Of a DNA stretch of 62,779 nucleotides, positions 49,271 to 56,600 are shown in pieces (the stretch's first letter is position 1; each line of letters starts with the position of its first letter). Source of the stretch: a virus (lineage: Duplodnaviria > Caudoviricetes); the IMG/VR virus record IMGVR_UViG_3300010413_002075, positions 1 through 62,779 of that record; one strand, given 5' to 3'. Position numbers and translations under genes: made by a program. The notes under the pieces are model-generated. The model was not told where the DNA came from. It made no database searches and saw only the letters and a list, made by a program, of their open reading frames with translations.

Positions 49271-49660
49271 TTAAAAATCCATAGAATGAGTGTAACCTAA
49301 TCCTTGATGAGCCATGTCTGTCAATTTGCGACTAACCTCGTGTTCGGCGTCATATAAGTTTTGCCACTCATCGCTGCCTAAATCTGCAAGAGACTTGCCT
49401 TGTTCCGCAGCTATTCTGGTAGCTTCAATACCAATTCGATTTCGATCTACCCATTCGGTCCAAGAATAATTTCCATGCATCACTTCATAAACTATGCAAT
49501 CTTTTCCAAAAGCTTGTGTATTATTCACACCTATCTCATTAAGAACAGCTAGTGCCATAGGACTTAATGTTTTTTTCATTTGTTCAAAAGCATCCTTTTC
49601 AACTACAGCCATAAAGCTGCTACTGGAACTATTACTTACAAATCCGGATCGTATTTTCAT
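49271..49660 (-). CDS. FVSNSSSSSF-motif protein 3
   Basis: MKIRSGFVSNSSSSSF. Confidence 0.75.
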   Translation of the reverse strand: MKIRSGFVSNSSSSSFMAVVEKDAFEQMKKTLSPMALAVLNEIGVNNTQAFGKDCIVYEVMHGNYSWTEWVDRNRIGIEATRIAAEQGKSLADLGSDEWQNLYDAEHEVSRKLTDMAHQGLGYTHSMDF

Positions 49661-50025
49661 TTTTTAATTCCTTTCAATTGCTTTTGAAGTTCTACAAGCT
49701 TTCCTTCATTTTTAGCTAAAGCTTTTTCAGCACGAGTTAGTGCCCGTTTGGCTTTTGATTTTTCTGCTTTTCGTTTCTTTAAGTAAAGTGCACTTTTAGT
49801 ACGAGACAGCTCTTTTTCTTCAAAAGAATATCCCATGCCATTATCGCTTTTAATCGTATATACTATTTTAGTAGACGATACAGCTCCACTTTTACTTTCG
49901 TTAATTTGTTGATTAAGCTTAATTGCTGTAATTGTACCAGATACTGATTTAAAATCATAATATGTGTTACGTTCGGCGTATACGTGTTGTCCAATTTCGA
50001 ACTTTGGTTTCCTTATTTTGGTCAT
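49657..50025 (-). CDS. Basic hypothetical protein (GQxVY motif)
   Basis: KFEIGQHVY followed by a coiled coil. Confidence 0.6.
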   Translation of the reverse strand: MTKIRKPKFEIGQHVYAERNTYYDFKSVSGTITAIKLNQQINESKSGAVSSTKIVYTIKSDNGMGYSFEEKELSRTKSALYLKKRKAEKSKAKRALTRAEKALAKNEGKLVELQKQLKGIKK

Positions 50026-50432
50026 TTGATCCCTGCCAATTCTTCTATAAGCTCTTCTTTTCTAATTTCTTCCAACTTTTTCTTTGCCTTTTGAATGGTT
50101 TTCTTATTAAGATCTATCGATCTTTTGAGTTGCTTTATATCTCTCATCAGCTTAGATTTATGTTCTGCAGGCGTAAGCTTATCTGCTTCTTCCTTAGTGT
50201 CAAATAAATCTTTTTCAGTAAGTTTGGTATCAACTCTATACCAAGCGTAAGATCCTCTTTTAGCTGGAGCTATATAATAAACCACAGTCTCTGGTTTCTT
50301 AGTATTTTTTGTTATTTCGGTTTCTACTATCACCTTTTTGATAGTAGTTTGATATCCCTTTTTATTATATTTATAATATACCTTCTGTCCTACTGAATAT
50401 TTTACTTTAGCCTTGTGGTTTATTGTCTTCAT
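50022..50432 (-). CDS. Basic hypothetical protein (GQxVY motif)
   Basis: KYSVGQKVY followed by a coiled coil; likely start MKTINH. Confidence 0.6.
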   Translation of the reverse strand: MKTINHKAKVKYSVGQKVYYKYNKKGYQTTIKKVIVETEITKNTKKPETVVYYIAPAKRGSYAWYRVDTKLTEKDLFDTKEEADKLTPAEHKSKLMRDIKQLKRSIDLNKKTIQKAKKKLEEIRKEELIEELAGIK

Positions 50433-51021
50433 CACCCTCTCCCACAACAAATCTCACGAATCTTTTAATAACTATTTTCTCGCTAACTTGAGCCGCCAAA
50501 TCACCTAACAAATCAGTAATAGTGATATTTGAATCTCTGACAAATAATTGATCCATCAAACAAGTTTCTTTGAAAAATTTATTTAGCTTGCCTGCCACTA
50601 TTTTATCTATTACTTGTGGAGGCTTACCTTCCAAAGATGCAGCCATAATTTCTTTTTCTTGATCGATTATTTTTTGCGGAACCTCGTCTCTGGTTATCCA
50701 TCTAGGATTAGTAGCCGCAATATGCATAGCTACTTCTTTAGCAAACTTTTGGAATGCCTCGCCCTTAGCTACAAAATCGGTTTCACAATTGATCTCTACC
50801 ATAACACCTATTTTGCCTCCAGCATGAATATAATATCCAACTGTGCCTTCGGAAGCAGTCTTACTGGCTCGATTGCTAATGTCGGACAGACCTTTCTTGC
50901 GCAAATGGATAATTGCTTGTTCTACATTTCCATTACTAGCAGTTAGTGCCTCTTTGCAGTCCATCATTCCTGCGCCAGTTTTTTCCCTGAGTTCTTTAAT
51001 CTGTTGCAGCGTCACGCTCAT
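50407..51021 (-). CDS. tsf: Elongation factor Ts (short form)
   Basis: IKELREKTGAGMMDCKEAL, LRKKG, EINCETDFVA, MHIAA..P, RFVRF..GEG. Confidence 0.96.
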   Translation of the reverse strand: MSVTLQQIKELREKTGAGMMDCKEALTASNGNVEQAIIHLRKKGLSDISNRASKTASEGTVGYYIHAGGKIGVMVEINCETDFVAKGEAFQKFAKEVAMHIAATNPRWITRDEVPQKIIDQEKEIMAASLEGKPPQVIDKIVAGKLNKFFKETCLMDQLFVRDSNITITDLLGDLAAQVSEKIVIKRFVRFVVGEGDEDNKPQG

Positions 51022-51809
51022 TCATCTTCTCCTTGATTTGCTTTTAATCTTTCTTTCACTTCTTCCCATGTATATGTTTTAGCTTCTCCAGATTGTATTC
51101 TGGCTACTCGCTCAGACAATTCTTCTCTTAGTTTGTCCCGATCTTCTGGGCCACCATGGAATGACAATTCCCAGAATAACCCATGAAGTATTTCAAATAA
51201 TGTAAACTTTTTATATGCTTTAGTAATTATAGGATAATATGATTCTTGATTTCTCTCTTCTTCTGAAAGAGACTTTAGATACAAAGCTCTATTTTCATTA
51301 GAAGCTCTGCGTTCATCTTCAATTGCTATTTTTTCATTTAGGACTAGTTTACAATCTTGAAGTTCATAGAGTGGTGTAAATCCTATTCCATATCTGTCGC
51401 TATCATTGTCACACTTACCATATATATCTACATAGCTCTCCAATAATGTGCGATCATCATAGAAATCATCTTGTAACGAACAGCGCCAACCAATATTTAT
51501 TTGATCTACGGATTTTTTATTAAATAGGTTTGGGCTAAGCCCTTCATCTACCAATTCTTCGAGCCACGGTCCGCGTGTTAACAAAGGAGATAAAAAATCG
51601 TACTGATCTAGTGATTCCACCAATAACAAAATATCTTTGAACGTAACATTGTCCATCAAACTGCAATCATCCATTAAAAAATATTTGGCTTTGTCTGATA
51701 CATCTACATCCTTTTCTGTTTTGCCACGCTTGGTTTCTTCATTATAAATCCATTTATCGGCAAGCAGCTTGCCGCCTTTTGATATTCTAATGTTACTAAA
51801 TTTTGACAT
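51018..51809 (-). CDS. Hypothetical protein
   Basis: Likely start MSKF after GGAGG; TLFEILHGLFWELSFHG. Confidence 0.7.
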   Translation of the reverse strand: MSKFSNIRISKGGKLLADKWIYNEETKRGKTEKDVDVSDKAKYFLMDDCSLMDNVTFKDILLLVESLDQYDFLSPLLTRGPWLEELVDEGLSPNLFNKKSVDQINIGWRCSLQDDFYDDRTLLESYVDIYGKCDNDSDRYGIGFTPLYELQDCKLVLNEKIAIEDERRASNENRALYLKSLSEEERNQESYYPIITKAYKKFTLFEILHGLFWELSFHGGPEDRDKLREELSERVARIQSGEAKTYTWEEVKERLKANQGEDE

Positions 51810-51824
51810 CGGAGACCTCCGCAT

Positions 51825-51864
51825 AAAAGAAAAGCCGGGAAGTATTTAAAATACGTCCCGGCTT
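51825..51864 (-). terminator. Terminator closing the ncRNA operon
   Basis: AAGCCGGGA...TCCCGGCTT followed by TTCTTTT. Confidence 0.8.
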
Positions 51865-51874
51865 ATAATAATCA

Positions 51875-51952
51875 TGGCTCCAAGGGGCGTCTGGAATTCA
51901 CCGACCTCCCAGCCGAAACTGGGCGCTCTTAATCCGTCTGAGCTACCTCGGA
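51875..51952 (-). ncRNA. tRNA-like RNA A (non-canonical)
   Basis: TCCGAGG/CCTTGGA-GCCA acceptor; D arm; anticodon arm CCCAG-TTTCGG-CTGGG (6-nt/UUCG loop); T loop ATTCCAG. Confidence 0.8.
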
Positions 51953-51955
51953 ATA

Positions 51956-52038
51956 TGGTGCCAAGAAGTGTCTGGTGAACACTGACCTCCAAGTCCTCAA
52001 TAGGACTGGCGTTCCTAAACCATCTGAACTATCTCGGC
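51956..52038 (-). ncRNA. tRNA-like RNA B (non-canonical)
   Basis: GCCGAGA/TCTTGGC-ACCA; extended anticodon arm with 4-nt loop ATTG; T loop TCACCAG. Confidence 0.8.
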
Positions 52039-52041
52039 GTA

Positions 52042-52134
52042 TGGTGCAGGGGCAGACTTACGAGGACTGCATCTCCGACTAGGCTCAGGCTGATGAACCT
52101 AGAAGGTATTCTTTAGCGTACTGAACTACCCTGC
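52042..52134 (-). ncRNA. tRNA-like RNA C (non-canonical)
   Basis: 6-bp GCAGGG/CCCTGC-ACCA; long anticodon arm CTAGGTTCA/TGAGCCTAG; T loop CTCGTAA. Confidence 0.75.
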
Positions 52135-52137
52135 TTA

Positions 52138-52211
52138 TGGTGCAAAGGAATGGTTACGACCCACTATCTCCCCAGTTTAACTGAGGCGCTCTCGACTTAA
52201 GCTACCTTCGC
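52138..52211 (-). ncRNA. tRNA-like RNA D (nominal anticodon TAA, non-canonical)
   Basis: GCGAAGG/CCTTTGC-ACCA; loop GTTAAAC can zip to 3 nt; D loop lacks GG; T loop GTCGTAA. Confidence 0.75.
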
Positions 52212-52218
52212 AAAATTT

Positions 52219-52350
52219 GCCATCCGATTTTTATAAGCTGTTTTGTTGTCACATCATGCAGGAATCGAACCTGCTACCCTTAGAATCCAAATCTAATGCT
52301 CTACCTAATGAGCTAAAAATGTATGTACGCTTACAACGTCAGAAGACGGC
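52219..52350 (-). ncRNA. Y-RNA-like scaffold RNA E1 carrying a tRNA-Pro(TGG)-like body
   Basis: GCCGTCT/GGATGGC stem, AAGCGTACATAC...ACAGCTT; cargo has D arm, TTAGA-TTTGGAT-TCTAA, GCAGG-TTCGATT-CCTGC; no CCA. Confidence 0.75.
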
Positions 52351-52368
52351 AAAACTTATATGTGTGTA

Positions 52369-52492
52369 GTCTGTCCGATTATTAAAAGCTGTCTAATAAC
52401 TCTGCTGGAGTCGAACCAGCTCCTCAAATGTGGAAAATTTGCGTCAAACCAATTGACAAAAGTATGTAAGCTTCCAAGGTCTGAGGACAGAC
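52369..52492 (-). ncRNA. Y-RNA-like scaffold RNA E2 carrying a tRNA-Gly(TCC)-like body
   Basis: GTCTGTCC/GGACAGAC stem, AAGCTTACATAC...ACAGCTT; cargo GTCA/TGAC D arm, CAAAT-TTTCCAC-ATTTG, GCTGG-TTCGACT-CCAGC. Confidence 0.75.
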
Positions 52493-52510
52493 AATTCTAA
52501 TCATTTTTGT

Positions 52511-52590
52511 GGGGTCACCCGCATATCTCAGGGAAAGGAGGCGTGAGCTATGAACAATAAGAGACATGTTCAAGTTGCGCGACTGACCCC
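52511..52590 (-). ncRNA. Structured small RNA with anti-Shine-Dalgarno loop
   Basis: GGGGTCA/TGACCCC closing stem, TGAACA/TGTTCA hairpin, CTCA-CGCCTCCTTTCCC-TGAG hairpin. Confidence 0.6.
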
Positions 52591-52593
52591 AAA

Positions 52594-52754
52594 TTTTACC
52601 ACTCGATTCATCAAAGCTGTTTTCTCTCTTTGAGACTGTTTATAACACAGTTGCCTTTTCCAGTTTGGCTACTCGCCCATAAAAATTGGTGGGCGAGGAT
52701 GGATTCGAACCACCATTAAAGTATGTAAGCTTCCAAAATAAGAGAGCGGTAAAA
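52594..52754 (-). ncRNA. Y-RNA-like scaffold RNA E3 carrying a circularly permuted tRNA
   Basis: ACCGCTC/GAGTGGT stem plus scaffold motifs; cargo order is T arm, CTCGCCC-ACCA, 8-nt linker, GGGCGAG, D arm, anticodon arm, variable hairpin. Confidence 0.8.
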
Positions 52755-52778
52755 ACTTTTATTCCTTTCAAAATATTT

Positions 52779-52850
52779 GCGTCTAATTTATTAAAGCTGT
52801 TTATGCCTATTCAACTCATGGGTATGTAAGCTTTAAAAGTCAGATGACGC
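52779..52850 (-). ncRNA. Minimal Y-RNA-like scaffold RNA E4 (no tRNA cargo)
   Basis: GCGTC/GACGC stem, TCTGA, AAGCTTACATAC, ~21-nt insert, ACAGCTT. Confidence 0.7.
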
Positions 52851-52865
52851 CTTTTTCTATGTTCT

Positions 52866-52893
52866 ATTATACGCTTTCTGCGACAAATGTCAA
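52866..52893 (-). promoter_or_regulatory. Consensus sigma70 promoter of the ncRNA operon
   Basis: TTGACA-N16-TATAAT with an upstream A/T tract (UP-element-like). Confidence 0.9.
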
Positions 52894-52911
52894 AACTTTT
52901 TTTCAAAAAAA

Positions 52912-53277
52912 TTAACCTGGACCGTCTGTTTCTGGCTCTTTTTTAGTTACGAATCCGTCCACCACTTTTTTGCCAAAATTATATCCGGCTAATAGAAGCA
53001 AGACTGTAAGATGATGTTCGGCAATATCCTGCTTGCCCATAGTACTAATCCAGATATACAAAGCCGGACTAAACGCGAGCCACCAGGAAACACGGCCTAC
53101 AGAAATTACCCACTTACCCTTACCATTCTTTTTCTTTTTATATTCAAAGAATAATGCAAGGAAATAACGTATTAATTTTTCTTTGCGAGTTTCGGAATTG
53201 TCTTCTTTTTCTTTAACGAGTTCTTCCGCAGCTGTAGCCATAGCGTCGGCTACTTCGACTTTTGTTTCGTCTTCCAT
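52912..53277 (-). CDS. Small membrane protein (holin candidate)
   Basis: Two to three hydrophobic segments; follows the tail-fibre genes. Confidence 0.5.
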   Translation of the reverse strand: MEDETKVEVADAMATAAEELVKEKEDNSETRKEKLIRYFLALFFEYKKKKNGKGKWVISVGRVSWWLAFSPALYIWISTMGKQDIAEHHLTVLLLLAGYNFGKKVVDGFVTKKEPETDGPG

Positions 53278-53318
53278 GAGAAACCTCCATTTAATTGGGA
53301 TTTCTCATATTGGGCTGC

Positions 53319-53636
53319 TTATCTCAATGCCAATAGTGAGTCTACATATCCCTGACTCTGACCTTGCAAATGAACCAGTTGCTGTACTAATTGGTTGCCC
53401 TTTTCCTGTCTCTCGCGAATTTCGCCATTAAGCTCTTCAATCTGCTTGGCCACGTCGCCTATATTCCTCTGTACGGTCTGAATTCTGCTTAACAGTACAC
53501 GCTCGGCATCTCCAAGCGTAGGGTCTTCCGGATTAGCATTAAACTTTTGTAAAATCTCTTCCAAATATGCTTGCTCTGGAGTCAATTGTCTTTGCTCCTG
53601 AACTTCTTTAACTTCTGTCATAACTTTAACCTCCAT
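53319..53636 (-). CDS. Coiled-coil hypothetical protein
   Basis: 105 aa; Gln-rich heptads. Confidence 0.65.
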   Translation of the reverse strand: MEVKVMTEVKEVQEQRQLTPEQAYLEEILQKFNANPEDPTLGDAERVLLSRIQTVQRNIGDVAKQIEELNGEIRERQEKGNQLVQQLVHLQGQSQGYVDSLLALR

Positions 53637-53662
53637 GGAAAAAAGTCTTGCTCATGCTGTAT

Positions 53663-53690
53663 ATTATACCAGCTTTCCAAAAATTGTCAA
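53663..53690 (-). promoter_or_regulatory. Consensus sigma70 promoter
   Basis: TTGACA-N16-TATAAT. Confidence 0.85.
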
Positions 53691-53694
53691 GATA

Positions 53695-56600
53695 TTATTT
53701 AATCTTGTTTTCAAGCGTCTCTAAACGAGCACGCAAGTCGTCATTTTCTTTCTTCAAATCTTTAATTGCTTCAACTAAAATACCTGTTAATTGGTCATAT
53801 TTAATATTCTTATATCCAATTCCATCTTCCCAAACAACTTCGGGGACAGCTTTTTCGGTTTCTTGGGCAATAAGACCCATTTGTCTATCTTGGCTTCTAT
53901 TTTCATCTATCCAATTGAATGTTACACCGCGCATAGAAATTACTTTTTCTAGAGCGTTCTCTATTGTAACTATATCTTTCTTGAGCCGTTCGTCAGATGA
54001 AGTTGCTATTTCAGTTTCAGATCCGCCATATGGACGATAATATAATTTATTGTCAGATTTTGCGTAAAGCCCCGTATACCCAGAACTCATTACAGTTGGG
54101 GTATCTATATGCTTCATCAGAAAGGCTCCATTGTGACCGAAAATCCAATTTGCGCTTCCTGACGTACCTCCGTTTGGAACGGTATATAAGACAACATTGG
54201 CACCATGATTTGAATCCGACCATTCGCCAGCTGCAGTTACTTTTAAGAAACTTCCATAATTGTAACTATTACCATCGTACCCAGTGAACACAATCATACT
54301 AATTCCATAGGTATCTGGTGTTGCCGTTGGGCTATCTTTTGTTCCACCACTGCCTCTTAGATTTAATTTTCCTAGCCCATCAGCGCCATGCCCAGTAATA
54401 GTTATTGTCGGCTGTGTTTCACCAGTATCCATATCAATAGCAGTTGATGGCTGTACACCAAGACCCAATCTATGATGCTCATTATCCCAAATAAGATTGT
54501 TGTCTCCGGCCAAATTATTATTACCATCGTAAAATGCCAGATAGCCATCTCTAGCAGATGCTGATGCTAATGCTGCAAGAAGTGCTGGAGATGAGTTATA
54601 GTATTGATAGTACAATTTATTGTCTGATGAATCAACATAAATTGTACCGTAACCATCTACATCATGTGCAGCACCAGGGGCTGGGCCTGCTTGTAGAGCC
54701 ATACGCCCATTGATAGTTAGACGTTCATGTGGATAATCGGTTCCGATACCAAAATTTTGATCAGTGCTTAAAGTTGCAGCATGCGTGTTACCAGTCATAA
54801 AATGAACTGGCGCAGCGTCGAATGATCCAAATATAAATCTAGTAGAATAATTGGACATACATACGGCTGCTCCAGCCGTTGGTTGTCCGCCATAAGTTCC
54901 ACCGGCAGCACTACTGAATCCTAACATATAAGCCCAACCGCCAGAAGAACCAGCAGCCAATGCGCTATAGGCTGATGCCCCAGCATTTGGATTATAAACT
55001 ACTCCATACAAGGCACCATTAGTGTCGTCTCTTACATCAAGTTTGTAAGATGGATTATTAATTCCGACACCAAGTTTTCCTTCTACAATAAGTCCATTAG
55101 TTGGTGCTGTATCAGTTCCTGCATAAGTTGCACCAATAGCAACTCCGCCTTCGACATCCAATTTATTAACAGGAGAAGTCAATCCAATACCTACACGTTG
55201 ACTGGTATCAATAGTCATTGCGTGTGTATTATTAGTCATTAAATGGAATGGAGCAGAGCTATATGTACCAACAATCATCTTGGTAGATGGATTAGCATGT
55301 ATAACACTAGCGCCAGCCGCTGCTTGTCCGCCTATTGTTGCGCTATTAGTAGCACCATAGGCTCCAATATAAGTTCCAGTACCACTAACCACCGAAGCTG
55401 TCCATGCACTAACTGATGTTCCACTCCCCCAGTTGGCTATCTGCATATATCGAGCGCCATCAACATCTTTGTTTACATACAAAGCAGCAGAGGCTGCTGG
55501 GTCAACTCCAATTCCAACGTGTCCATTTGTTGGATCAATTGTTATTGCTGCTGTACCGGAACTTGGTGAACCACCATAACTAATCTTAAAATAATCACTT
55601 GCACTATTATCTATACCGGCAGTCCATCGTGTAGTAATACTGCCGCCAAATCCTGCAGCATAAATACGACAATCAAGATATGGATCATCAGCTTGTGTTT
55701 TGGCAATAATTTTAGAATCTTTTGGAGATTGAACGGTCACATCGGCATCATAACTTCCGCTAGCACTTTCAATAACTACACTTGGATTACTTCCATTTCT
55801 ATATACATGTAATGGATAAGATGGAGAACTCAAGCCAAGACCAACTCTATCATTTATGTCATCATAATATAATTGAGCTGCTCCGCCAAAAGAACCACCA
55901 TTATTATATTGGACTTGTCCATCAGAACCCGCAGGTGTTCCGCCCCCACCGCTATAGCCATCAAGTGCCTGAAGAATTACTTGAAATGTTTCAGATAGAT
56001 CTTTATTTATTAAAGCTCCGCCTATTGACAAATTACTCGTTACTGAAACAGTACCATCACCATGAATAATCAGGTCAGAATGATTGTCGGTAATATTAAT
56101 AAATCTTAAAGAATCTTCTTGATAGTAAGATGCAATTTCCCAAGTTTTTGCGCCAGCAGAATTATTGTCCAATCTTATCTGTGGAGAAGATGTGTAAATA
56201 TGAATTTCTACCTGTGGACTACTGGTATTTATTCCAAGACGATTGTTACTAATATCCCAATACAGATCATTTGCATCATATGTTAATGTATTAGTATCAG
56301 ACCATATGGCTATATGATTTGTAGAACCACTTCCGCGATTAGATAGATAAGAGATAACTCCTGAATCATTTTTAAAGCAAAGCACACCATTATTATCTAC
56401 ATAAATAGCTCCAAATCCGGATGCAGGAGTATTGGTATATGCTGTTTCAGCTAACCATAAATGGCCAGTATAATTCATTTGGAAAGCGTACTGATTAACT
56501 CCACTAGTATCTGTAAGATAGAATCTAAGTTCTCCTGGAACTATACCAGTGCTTATACTTCCATCAGTTTGGCCAATAATTCTAGCGCCTAAACTATAGC

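Noticed and set aside
52251-52463. Ordinary tRNA-Pro(TGG) and tRNA-Gly(TCC) genes
   Set aside because: The acceptor stems are short or imperfect, there is no CCA, and both bodies are embedded in the conserved scaffold.
52219-52850. Repeated AAGCTTACATAC / ACAGCTT motifs as a CRISPR array
   Set aside because: The repeats are short, come as two alternating motifs, enclose structured inserts of very unequal length, and no cas operon is present.
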